DNA from: a virus
Lineage: Monodnaviria > Loebvirae > Hofneiviricota > Faserviricetes > Tubulavirales > Inoviridae
Reading direction: 5' to 3' (one strand)
Virus record (IMG/VR): IMGVR_UViG_2698536573_000001
Coordinates: 1-11,202 of that record
Length of the DNA stretch: 11,202 nt
The notes beneath the pieces were generated by a model that saw only the letters and a program-made list of their open reading frames with translations, did no database searches and was not told the DNA's origin. Position numbers and translations under genes: made by a program. Shown here piece after piece: positions 1 through 8,013 of this stretch; position 1 is the stretch's first letter; each line of letters begins with the position of its first letter.

Positions 1-384
1 TTACCTAATTTCCTGAGTTTCGAGGTAATCTTTCAACACCGTAAAAGTGAAAGCAGATTTGCTTATGCAATGATCAGTTGCCAAAGACCACGCATGGAGT
101 ACCCCAGGAACCTGAGCTGGACACTTGGCAGATGCATAATGGAAGCAAATATATTTGATTAATTGGTTGCTGATTTTATCCTGACGAAAGTGGGCATAGC
201 AGCGGCTTCCTGAATAATCGAATACCCAACTGTCACTTGTTGAGCTGATATATTTGTCATCAAAATGATCTGCCGATTTAAGATAAATACTAACTGGTAT
301 ATTAACCTTTAAAATACTCTCAACAAATACAGGTGTGTAAATGTTGCTGTTCGACGCATTTAACTGTTTATTGATTCGACTCAT
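1..384 (-). CDS. hypothetical Cys/His-rich protein, co-oriented with and overlapping the 3' end of the recombinase gene
   Basis: ORF track frame 1..408. I place the start at the ATG at 382..384 (MSRINKQ...) because GGAG lies 6 nt upstream on the minus strand; the ATG at 406..408 has no Shine-Dalgarno. It overlaps the recombinase stop (368..370) by 17 nt, suggesting an operon. Several Cys/His residues in the C-terminal half; no family recognised. Confidence 0.4.
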   Translation of the reverse strand: MSRINKQLNASNSNIYTPVFVESILKVNIPVSIYLKSADHFDDKYISSTSDSWVFDYSGSRCYAHFRQDKISNQLIKYICFHYASAKCPAQVPGVLHAWSLATDHCISKSAFTFTVLKDYLETQEIR

Positions 385-1834
385 ATGCACTCCATTCATC
401 GCATACATGGGAAAAGGTTGATTTCAGGGCTTCGTTATCAATCACAATTCGCTGAAGATTGGCCGTATTAGCCTGCTGAGATAGAAATCTTTTAGCGTAA
501 AGATCAGGCATATGGCTATTGTGACTCCAACCGCCAAGTAGCCGTAATTCATCCTTGGCTTCATCCATCAATCCAACGATAGAAAAGTCTATGGCTGCCA
601 AGTGTGAGTTGGCCTTAATTTTTTGAAGTTTATCACGATAAATACGTTGAAGTGTTAAATAAGCCCAAGTATGCCGCGTTATATGAGGCGAGATGCTTTC
701 AATGGCATCATAATATTCATCTTTTTTATATTCAGGATACTGCACACTCATAATGTCATCAATACGGGTAAAGATATCATAGACTGCATGGTATGACAGT
801 GGCGGATGTAGTCTTTGGGTGGAAGTGAACAGAAAACTATGGGAGGCTTGAGGGCGGATTTTATGGATATATATATTTAGAAAATGAAAGTCCAGTTTAT
901 CTAATGCCAGCACCCGGTTTGCATAAACATTTTTTAATGAAGGCAATCTTTTTCGTTGATCCGAAACGTCGTCATCTACTGTGGTCACAATCAGGCTGAA
1001 CTGATCCCCTCGGAGATTTGGTTTGATCGAATGACACTCCAAAAGCAGTAATTCACTGACACGCAATCCGTAATTTAAAAGCAATCTGCAAATCAGAAAA
1101 TTACGTAGCTGGATTTCACCAGCGGGGAAGGGATTGAGTGGGTTTTTCTTTGAAATTGAACCGGGTGTAATGATTTGGTAAAAAGCCATGACCATCTCAG
1201 CAGTCAGACTTCGAAAGCGTTTATGGGTCGTGCCATTGTTCATCTGACGAGAATGGGTAAGAGTACGGAATTCTGCCTTATGTATCGATAAACGTCCCGT
1301 TAACTGCGTGGCAAGTCGTGTAAGCTCTTTAGGCGTGCCATCTATATATCTCGGCGAGATATACGTGTTAATCAAATATCTGATAAAACGAATAACCGAA
1401 TGTACATGCCTGATATTTGTACAACGTTGAGGCGTGGTCTGCGTAGTAGACCTTATGGTTAACGCTGGTACATATAAATGCGTATTTTCCAGATAATGAA
1501 AAAAGGCTGTAAGTTCATCAATGGCAATCAATGGATTGTGGTTCGAGGAATAGAAACTGAAGCAAAAAGTCACACCATGTTTCTGGTGCCAGAATTCATA
1601 GAAAAACTTGAGCGCTTGAAGTGAAGCGGATTGCGTGGCTGATGAACGCAAAGCAAGATGGTCGATAAGATATATTAACGGATATAAAAGCGGCTGGCGC
1701 GTGTGAGTATCCATCAGTGCCCATAAACGCTGCCGTTGGTTGATATTGAGTTGTGTAAGTATGAACACGCGGCACTTAACCTTATCAATGGTGTGGATAT
1801 GAACAAAGTAACCGACAAACATAACGTCCTGCAA
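368..1834 (-). CDS. tyrosine-type site-specific recombinase (phage-integrase family) with a long unassigned N-terminal extension
   Basis: 488-aa ORF. The C-terminal half carries the ordered tyrosine-recombinase signature: Arg in GLRVSELLLL, His-x-x-Arg in HITRHTWAY, then LGGWSH and the catalytic Tyr in MPDLYAKR. The first ~250 aa are unassigned. Track start is TTG at 1832..1834; the first ATG is 1820..1822; neither has a clear Shine-Dalgarno, so the start is uncertain. Confidence 0.75.
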   Translation of the reverse strand: MQDVMFVGYFVHIHTIDKVKCRVFILTQLNINQRQRLWALMDTHTRQPLLYPLIYLIDHLALRSSATQSASLQALKFFYEFWHQKHGVTFCFSFYSSNHNPLIAIDELTAFFHYLENTHLYVPALTIRSTTQTTPQRCTNIRHVHSVIRFIRYLINTYISPRYIDGTPKELTRLATQLTGRLSIHKAEFRTLTHSRQMNNGTTHKRFRSLTAEMVMAFYQIITPGSISKKNPLNPFPAGEIQLRNFLICRLLLNYGLRVSELLLLECHSIKPNLRGDQFSLIVTTVDDDVSDQRKRLPSLKNVYANRVLALDKLDFHFLNIYIHKIRPQASHSFLFTSTQRLHPPLSYHAVYDIFTRIDDIMSVQYPEYKKDEYYDAIESISPHITRHTWAYLTLQRIYRDKLQKIKANSHLAAIDFSIVGLMDEAKDELRLLGGWSHNSHMPDLYAKRFLSQQANTANLQRIVIDNEALKSTFSHVCDEWSAYESNQ

Positions 1835-1913
1835 GAAGAAGATAGAGGGGTAGGTAAGTGTATGATTAATCGTATCCTGTGGCCGGTTATGAACTAAATG
1901 ACCGACGGACTAA

Positions 1914-1941
1914 ATTTAACATAATATACATTATGCGCACC
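1914..1941 (-). other. dif: dif-type XerC/XerD recombination site: XerC arm 1931..1941, central region 1925..1930, XerD arm 1914..1924
   Basis: Plus strand reads ATTTAACATAATATACATTATGCGCACC. Its reverse complement is GGTGCGCATAATGTATATTATGTTAAAT, which matches the E. coli-type dif sequence as I recall it at 28 of 28 positions (GGTGCGCATAA / TGTATA / TTATGTTAAAT). Confidence 0.85.
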
Positions 1942-2081
1942 AATGGTAAGGATGGCAGAATCTGGCGGGAATCGTTGACACTGGCCGTCAACTGGCTACT
2001 ATCGACAGTGATTCAAAATCATCCGTTTCTCCAAACGAATCAGAATCAAATGTCTGTCAGCAGTAAGTGAACGGCCTGACC

Positions 2082-2330
2082 TCACCAATCAGGCCTGTTC
2101 ATCCAGTTAGTTGGTAAATCTGTACCTGATACACGAGAATCAAACACCACTTCTTCAGTGCCATCACCATGATGCCGGATAATCTGGTAACCGGATTGCG
2201 GGTTCTGGCTCTCAGCTTCATAAGCAGCCCGGAATGCTGGATCTTTGAGAAGCATCACTTTCAGCTCCTGATGTGTCATGAATTTTTCCATGATAAGCCC
2301 CGATGAATGCTGCCGCGCCGAATCAGCCAT
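2082..2330 (-). CDS. hypothetical small protein (cargo position between secretin and dif)
   Basis: 82-codon ORF co-oriented with the phage operon. No convincing Shine-Dalgarno at the first ATG (2328..2330); internal ATGs at 2289..2291 and 2277..2279 are alternative starts, so the real product may be ~65-69 aa. The segment ELKVMLLKDPAFRAAYEAE resembles N-termini of some antitoxin-like regulators, but no HTH follows. Coding status uncertain. Confidence 0.35.
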   Translation of the reverse strand: MADSARQHSSGLIMEKFMTHQELKVMLLKDPAFRAAYEAESQNPQSGYQIIRHHGDGTEEVVFDSRVSGTDLPTNWMNRPDW

Positions 2331-2452
2331 AACGCTGAAAATGGAAACTGTACGGCTTGGCCAACCCCGGACAGCAACAAAACAAGTTTTGTCACTGACC
2401 GGCGTTATCTTTCAAAACAGACAGTTAACGATTTTTTGTCTGGTGTTTATGC

Positions 2453-2479
2453 GTGAAATTTCGTGCGTACGAAATTCAC
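2453..2479. repeat. 27-bp imperfect palindrome at the 3' end of the basic-protein ORF
   Basis: Arms GTGAAATTTCG (2453..2463) and CGAAATTCAC (2470..2479) pair with one bulged base around the centre TGCGTA. No U-tract follows on either strand, so it is unlikely to be an intrinsic terminator; more likely a protein-binding or recombination-related site. Confidence 0.5.
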
Positions 2480-2724
2480 CACCAATAAACAAACGGACGA
2501 TGACTGACCGGAAAAGCAATGCCGTCAGCATCATGACCACGCATTACCTGATTGAGAAGCCTTCTGACTTCACGGCGCTCAGGCCTGGTCATCATCATAT
2601 TGCGATACCAGGACGGCGATTTATCAAACCATCTGGCACAACTGGCAAAATGTGAACCTACACGACGATAAGACTTAAGGCGGCCACCGGGAAGTCGGTC
2701 ACGCGCCTTATTTTTTACAGACAT
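2476..2724 (-). CDS. hypothetical small basic (Arg-rich) protein, possible DNA-binding accessory protein
   Basis: 82-aa ORF. ATG at 2722..2724 with GAGGA 7-8 nt upstream on the minus strand. Same orientation as the phage operon, 88 nt downstream of the secretin stop. Arg/Lys- and Trp-rich; no family recognised. Confidence 0.5.
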   Translation of the reverse strand: MSVKNKARDRLPGGRLKSYRRVGSHFASCARWFDKSPSWYRNMMMTRPERREVRRLLNQVMRGHDADGIAFPVSHRPFVYWW

Positions 2725-2812
2725 AATAAATCCTCTAAGTAACTGAATACCTAGAAGATGTCGTACTGTTCATACCCCATAAAAGTTAACGCCATAATAA
2801 AAATCCATACAA

Positions 2813-4057
2813 TCAGTTCAGGTTGTCCCGGAACAGTTCACCGCTCCTCGCGGCGCTGCGGGGCGTCGCCCTGCTCCGGTCAACCTTTCTGACCTGAAGC
2901 ATCACCATAATATCAGTCTTGTTGCTTTCACTGGTACGGGAACCGAAGAAGCTCCAGCCGGAACTGGCCTTACTGTCTTTCTGTTCAGCAAGGCCACCAA
3001 GTAAAATAATATCACCATCTGCAAGGCTGACTTCGGTTGTTACATCACGCTTGATAAGGGTTGGCGAGTTATTGACGCCGGTTTCAGTGGTCACAAAGTT
3101 GGAAAGCTGCTGCTGAATCTTGAGATCCATTGTCCGACTTTTGATTGATGGCGTTACGTTAAACAAAACACCGCTGGAACGATATTCAACGGATTGCGTG
3201 GTCGTATTGTTATTCACCGTAACACTGCCCAGTACTGGCACATCAGAGCCGACTGAAAAAGACGCTGAGGCATTATTTTTTACCCGTAGTCGTGGCGCAC
3301 TGACAACAGTAAAACGACTGTCGGTTTTAAGCAGATTGAAAATGGCATCAATGGAGCCGGTTCGAATATTGATAAAATTATCCAGTCCGGCAGCACCAAC
3401 TGAAATATTGAATTTATCAGACAGAATTTTAGCCGCTAAAAGAATGCCGGAGCCGTCAGACTGCGAGGTCTGAACCTCAAAAACATAACCAGAAACAACC
3501 ACTTCATCACTCATCGTATCCAGCGAAGTGACCAGTGTTTTCAGGATGGCGATATCCTCTTTCGTACCATAATAAACCAGAATATCACCGGTTCGATTAA
3601 TGTAGTTGCTTGCCCCTGATGAACCTTTTAGCGAATCGTCAGAAATCACGGCTCCACTGTTATTGAAGGAGCCTGAAACGTAGCCGCCAAGAATATCAGA
3701 CAGGTAGGCAACAGAACGGTACTGAGGCGTATAAGTCCATGTATAACGTGGCTTAACCGGCTCTTTCGGCGTATAGGGCGCGATAAAATCAACACCCTTT
3801 TTCGTCCATATTCGAATGTTCATATTGCCAAGATAACGGGTTACAAATTCCCGTTCATCAATATCAGGTGTTAACCTGAATGTAATCATTCGTTCATCAT
3901 TAACAAGCTGTGGATCTAGCATATACGGGACTTTAAGCACCTCACTATAAATAAGAGAAATAGCCTCCGGTAGCTTGACTTTATTTAATTCAAGCTCTGA
4001 CCCTGCGAAAGCACATGAAGAAAATAGTAGCGTTAATGCGAGTAAAATCTTTTTCAT
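2813..4057 (-). CDS. secretin, filamentous-phage pIV-like outer-membrane export channel
   Basis: 414 aa. N-terminal signal peptide MKKILLALTLLFSSCAFA. C-terminal secretin-domain hallmarks (SAPRLRVKNN..., PTLIKRDVTTEVSLADGDIILLGGL). ATG at 4055..4057 overlaps the Zot-like stop TAA (4057..4059) by 1 nt, indicating translational coupling. Confidence 0.9.
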   Translation of the reverse strand: MKKILLALTLLFSSCAFAGSELELNKVKLPEAISLIYSEVLKVPYMLDPQLVNDERMITFRLTPDIDEREFVTRYLGNMNIRIWTKKGVDFIAPYTPKEPVKPRYTWTYTPQYRSVAYLSDILGGYVSGSFNNSGAVISDDSLKGSSGASNYINRTGDILVYYGTKEDIAILKTLVTSLDTMSDEVVVSGYVFEVQTSQSDGSGILLAAKILSDKFNISVGAAGLDNFINIRTGSIDAIFNLLKTDSRFTVVSAPRLRVKNNASASFSVGSDVPVLGSVTVNNNTTTQSVEYRSSGVLFNVTPSIKSRTMDLKIQQQLSNFVTTETGVNNSPTLIKRDVTTEVSLADGDIILLGGLAEQKDSKASSGWSFFGSRTSESNKTDIMVMLQVRKVDRSRATPRSAARSGELFRDNLN

Positions 4058-5082
4058 TATTTTTTCCCCGTATAAAGCGTCACACGCTCACCATCAATAA
4101 TTCCGCTCATCAACATCCCTTTGTAATTAAAACTGGATGCAGGAACGGCACGCAAAACACCGGCACCGTTAACAAGAATCACAAACGCCCTGCCTTCACT
4201 GGTCATTCTCCCTGATATACGCCACTCGGTTGAAAGTGGCGGTTCAGCTGGTTCTGAGGGAGTATCTGGTGCTGGAGTAGCAGCGGAAGAACGAAACATG
4301 GCCGCATCACGTACATCTGTTGTAGCCAAATCTGGCGAGGGATCGCTTCGGCCAAACGTGCTGAAAAATGAGTAAATCAGCCAGCCTGACCCGATAAACA
4401 TCAATGGAAAAAGCACAAGAAAGAACCTGACTTTGCCAGAATTCCAGATGCTCTGGCGTTTATCTGTCTGCTTTTCATTACCGTTATTTCCTTCATAGCT
4501 TTTATAAAGTTCAAAAATATCAGGGTTATATTTATTGCGATAACTGGTGACGAGGTTGCTTTTATAGATTTTGTGGCCTGAATATACGTCAATGCAGTAA
4601 TGATTATTCAGGCCCAACGCTTTCAGCTTGCGCATCCGGTAAGTTGTTTCTATTTTGTCTTTCAGAAAGCGAGCAATATTAGAAAGTGACTGATTTACAA
4701 TAACCAAATCACAGCTAATACCCGTTTCAGGGTGCGTAAAATGACGATGTTCAGCAATAAATGATTTCTTCTCAGCCGTCATATCCTTATCGCTACCGAA
4801 GATTCGCCATGCTTCATCAATAACAATTAAATCACCAAACTGGCAAAAGCTCCCTTCCCCACCTTTAAAAGGAAAGAAATCTGCTTTAAGCACATCATCA
4901 TTATCCACAACAATAATTTCTCCCGTTGCATCAGGATAACGTTCGGTGATTTTATCTTTTTGTAAACCATAAATGTTCGTCACAACTCTCCGGCCGCTGG
5001 TAAATGCAGGAATAATGACATTGCAAACGGCTTCATAACTTTTTCCTGAGCCGGGTATGCCAATATATGCAGAAATAGCCAT
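4057..5082 (-). CDS. Zot-like assembly ATPase (filamentous-phage pI family)
   Basis: 341 aa. Walker A GIPGSGKS at residues 8-15, Walker B-like LIVIDEAW, and a single transmembrane segment (FFLVLFPLMFIGSGWLIYSFF) before a Pro/Ser-rich C-terminal region, as in pI/Zot. ATG at 5080..5082 lies 3 nt after the upstream gene's stop. Confidence 0.9.
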   Translation of the reverse strand: MAISAYIGIPGSGKSYEAVCNVIIPAFTSGRRVVTNIYGLQKDKITERYPDATGEIIVVDNDDVLKADFFPFKGGEGSFCQFGDLIVIDEAWRIFGSDKDMTAEKKSFIAEHRHFTHPETGISCDLVIVNQSLSNIARFLKDKIETTYRMRKLKALGLNNHYCIDVYSGHKIYKSNLVTSYRNKYNPDIFELYKSYEGNNGNEKQTDKRQSIWNSGKVRFFLVLFPLMFIGSGWLIYSFFSTFGRSDPSPDLATTDVRDAAMFRSSAATPAPDTPSEPAEPPLSTEWRISGRMTSEGRAFVILVNGAGVLRAVPASSFNYKGMLMSGIIDGERVTLYTGKK

Positions 5083-5085
5083 AAC

Positions 5086-5373
5086 TCACCCTATAACAGG
5101 AATACGTCGAATAATAAAACGAGTAGCCATTGCGGAGATAATCATACTAATCCCCTGTGGTAATTTACTCAGGTTAATGAAGTACCAGAATCCGTCTGAT
5201 AAATTGGCAAACAGCGATGAGAGATTGCTTGAATCTGGCAGTAACTCAACAAGGATTTCAACGAAGCCCTGGACTACAAAATACAGCGCAAAGAATACGA
5301 CGAATTTAATAATCAATGACCGGAATACAAAACCTAACAAAGTATTTAATGCACTAATCAGAATCCCAAACAT
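5086..5373 (-). CDS. minor coat protein, pVI-like
   Basis: 95-aa hydrophobic protein with multiple TM segments, located between the pIII-like and pI genes as in Ff phages. Strong RBS AAAGGAG 7 nt upstream of ATG 5371..5373. Assignment rests on position and composition. Confidence 0.6.
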   Translation of the reverse strand: MFGILISALNTLLGFVFRSLIIKFVVFFALYFVVQGFVEILVELLPDSSNLSSLFANLSDGFWYFINLSKLPQGISMIISAMATRFIIRRIPVIG

Positions 5374-5385
5374 AGTTGCACTCCT

Positions 5386-7098
5386 TTAGGCACTCAGAAT
5401 AATACGGAGCGCAACAAATCCCCATATAATCAGAAAAATGGTTTCTACGGCGCTTCTGTTCTGCTCAATTAACGGACAATGGGAGTCAATTCTGTACTGG
5501 TGATTAAACACGCTGAATTCAACAACGGGGCAGGATGCTGAACGAGAGCCGATGTTAAATTCGTTTGTAAAAGGCAACAAGTTAATAATTGGCGTTAAAA
5601 TATCTCTTGCCGTTGGCGTTTCTTCAAGCTCAGGCTCTTTTACACCGGGATCTTCTCCCAAATCTATATTGCCATTATTTCCAGTGTCAGACCCTGAGTT
5701 GTTATTAATGGTAATATCAATATTGACGTCAGCCCCTGCACTGTCAGATACAGGTGAAAGCATATCTAATAACGTTGGAGATAGCCTAAGTTCCGACATC
5801 GCAGAAGTTACTTCAGCCGGTGAAACCTCTTTAAACGGTAAGCCGTTATAATCGGCATTAACGGCAGCTTCAGACCACAGCTCGTTAATCATGTCGGCAA
5901 GAAGTGCTGGCGATACACTAACACTATCAAGATACTCCAGATAATCAATCATGGACTCAATATTTCCGGCCTCCAGTACTTCCGTCATGGCTTTATATTT
6001 GGTATTGGTCCAGATAGTAAGCTCACTCTTTTCATCAATATCTTTTGCGGTGTAATCCTCTTTTTCAGGAACGGCGCAAATCGTCGAATATCCACCATTT
6101 GACTGATTAGTCGTTTTACAAGGCGTGTTGTGATACTGATATTGCTTGCCTGCTGTTAAATAAGCAACGCTGTAATACATGGGAAGCCCTGCTACATTTT
6201 CATACATGGGAATACCTGCGGGAAATGAAGATGCGGCCGGGTTGCTATACAAGTGTGTAATCTCAGGTATTTCATAAAATGAGGAAGGATAAGTAAACTT
6301 ATAATTCTGTTCAGTAAAGGATACATCTCCATTACTGTTGACAACTTTATTCGTCACAGTGCGTTCAAAATTCGTTAGTGTTTCAGTATAAGTACGCGAG
6401 TTATAGTCATTAAGATAATTTCTGGCAATTTCAGTTGGATTATCACCATAGTAATAAATTAGCTCTTTCGAATCCTGATAATAATAAAGCGCATTATCTG
6501 GCGTGGAATATCCTGTTTCAACACCTACAACTGGAGAACCCGCATCCACATTATTACGACTAACATGAAGGATTACCGGACTTAATTCCTGTGGTTCAAA
6601 ATTAACGGTTATCGTCTTACTTTCACCACTTTGACCACTGTACGTTACTTCATATAAATTATCGGAAATCTTTTTACCGTTAGTCATTACCATTACCGAG
6701 CCGTCAGATGAACTCAAAGAAGACGGAACAAAAGATGATACAGCAGCAGCAATACCCGCCCACGTTGCAACACCGCTCATTTTGTATGATGAGGCAGCAG
6801 GCAAGTATTCGGCAGCATTAGCCGCAGCGCGGCCAACAAAAACACGGGTTGCTGTAAGCTGTGATACCGTATAAATCGCATCATTGGCAGCAAAGCGACG
6901 AACAAGCACCCGGCCAACGACTTTAGGAATAACAGCCCGCGCAGCCACTGCTGCAATTGCTGGTACAAATGAATATGAATATCGGGGAAAGGAAACCCAG
7001 AGAAAGGAAAAAATAAAGGAATAAACCGTCAGCCTCTTAGCCCAAGAATAACGACATAAGCTGAGACGATCCCCCATAAAAGGGAACCCAATTTCCAT
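5386..7098 (-). CDS. adsorption / minor coat protein, pIII-like
   Basis: 570 aa. Gly/Asn-rich linker (NNNSGSDTGNNGNIDLGEDPG), C-terminal membrane anchor (TIFLIIWGFVALRIILSA), position directly after the major coat gene. GGAG 8 nt upstream of ATG 7096..7098. An internal Met at 6778..6780 begins a signal-peptide-like stretch (MSGVATWAGIAAAVSSFVPSS), so the true N-terminus is uncertain. Confidence 0.65.
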   Translation of the reverse strand: MEIGFPFMGDRLSLCRYSWAKRLTVYSFIFSFLWVSFPRYSYSFVPAIAAVAARAVIPKVVGRVLVRRFAANDAIYTVSQLTATRVFVGRAAANAAEYLPAASSYKMSGVATWAGIAAAVSSFVPSSLSSSDGSVMVMTNGKKISDNLYEVTYSGQSGESKTITVNFEPQELSPVILHVSRNNVDAGSPVVGVETGYSTPDNALYYYQDSKELIYYYGDNPTEIARNYLNDYNSRTYTETLTNFERTVTNKVVNSNGDVSFTEQNYKFTYPSSFYEIPEITHLYSNPAASSFPAGIPMYENVAGLPMYYSVAYLTAGKQYQYHNTPCKTTNQSNGGYSTICAVPEKEDYTAKDIDEKSELTIWTNTKYKAMTEVLEAGNIESMIDYLEYLDSVSVSPALLADMINELWSEAAVNADYNGLPFKEVSPAEVTSAMSELRLSPTLLDMLSPVSDSAGADVNIDITINNNSGSDTGNNGNIDLGEDPGVKEPELEETPTARDILTPIINLLPFTNEFNIGSRSASCPVVEFSVFNHQYRIDSHCPLIEQNRSAVETIFLIIWGFVALRIILSA

Positions 7099-7162
7099 AA
7101 TTCAATCTCCATAATAACCTCAAGTAAAACGGGCGATATTGCATCGCCCATGAATAATGAAT

Positions 7163-7396
7163 TTATGCGGATTTAACGGTACGCAATACCCAGCGAACGC
7201 CAGCGACACCGGCATAAAGTGTTACCAGTGAAGCAGCAACGGCCATAATCGCAACCAGAACTGTACTGAAATCAATGCTGTTCGTCAGCGGCGATAAATC
7301 AACACCACTTGATGCCGCTCCTTCTGCAGCGAAAGTCGCGCCAGAAACAGCCATTAATGCAGGTACAGCCAGAAAACTAACGATTTTTTTAAACAT
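7163..7396 (-). CDS. major coat protein, pVIII-like
   Basis: 77 aa. Signal peptide MFKKIVSFLAVPALMAVSGATFA, then an acidic/amphipathic N-terminal part, a hydrophobic helix (VLVAIMAVAASLVTLYAGVAGV) and a basic C-terminus (RWVLRTVKSA). GGAG 9 nt upstream of ATG 7394..7396. Confidence 0.75.
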   Translation of the reverse strand: MFKKIVSFLAVPALMAVSGATFAAEGAASSGVDLSPLTNSIDFSTVLVAIMAVAASLVTLYAGVAGVRWVLRTVKSA

Positions 7397-7430
7397 AACT
7401 CTATCTCCATTACATTTTAAAGGTTCGCAT

Positions 7431-7682
7431 TCAAGCAGTACGAACCATCTTTATTACCTGTCCCACACCTACAGAAAAAAGCCAGAGCAGCAGGACAGAG
7501 CCAAAACCTAATGTCCAGTAATTTCCCATTGCAGAATAATCAATTTGATGAAATGGTTCAGAACGTACCATTATTGCCTGACATTCTTTTGCATTGTTCG
7601 CATTACATAAATAACCTTCAATACGGTAACCATTTTCAGGAATATGATTATCAAACTGAATATCGAAACCTGATGTATCCAT
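7431..7682 (-). CDS. small membrane protein with C-terminal TM helix and basic tail (minor-coat-like, pVII/pIX position)
   Basis: 83 aa. C-terminal hydrophobic helix (WTLGFGSVLLLWLFSVGVGQVI) followed by KMVRTA. The start ATG (7680..7682) lies 2 nt from the upstream gene's TGA stop (TGATTATG). Confidence 0.5.
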   Translation of the reverse strand: MDTSGFDIQFDNHIPENGYRIEGYLCNANNAKECQAIMVRSEPFHQIDYSAMGNYWTLGFGSVLLLWLFSVGVGQVIKMVRTA

Positions 7683-7684
7683 AA

Positions 7685-8002
7685 TCAGCCTTTTATTTCA
7701 GTAATGCCGCCATCTGATGAAATGTTATAAGTTACTCCTTCCCTCCCCTCCATTGACCAGACGCGAACATATACAGGTATCTGGACTAACTTACCGATAA
7801 AATTATTTGCCTGATTCATTACACCGGCATTAACAAGAGCCTGAGATACACGAATAATAATCTGGTCTTGCTTAGTGCCACCAAAACCATCAGGAATCTC
7901 TAAGCCAACACCAATTTCATTATAGTATCCCTGACCATTGACCTTATTACGCTGGCGAGCACCAAGCATTTTACCTTTTACAAAAAGACCATAATTAGAC
8001 AT
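7685..8002 (-). CDS. putative ssDNA-binding protein (gV / RstB position)
   Basis: 105-aa ORF immediately downstream of the replication initiator. Strong RBS AAAGGAGAG 4 nt before ATG 8000..8002. Functional call is by position only; I see no clear similarity to Ff gV. Confidence 0.4.
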   Translation of the reverse strand: MSNYGLFVKGKMLGARQRNKVNGQGYYNEIGVGLEIPDGFGGTKQDQIIIRVSQALVNAGVMNQANNFIGKLVQIPVYVRVWSMEGREGVTYNISSDGGITEIKG

Positions 8003-8013
8003 ATCACTCTCCT

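Noticed and set aside
1879-2070. 63-aa plus-strand ORF spanning the dif site
   Set aside because: It overlaps a recombination site, has no RBS, and its composition is not protein-like. Most likely a chance ORF in the dif-proximal noncoding region.
2082-2330. Assignment of the small ORF as a HigA/XRE-type antitoxin
   Set aside because: Only a short N-terminal segment is reminiscent of such proteins. No helix-turn-helix can be recognised in the remainder, and no adjacent toxin-like gene overlaps it.
2278-2655. 125-aa plus-strand ORF overlapping both small minus-strand cargo ORFs
   Set aside because: No Shine-Dalgarno (the upstream sequence CTCCTG is anti-SD-like). Cys-rich odd composition. 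It conflicts with the minus-strand ORF that has a good RBS, and is antisense to the operon direction.
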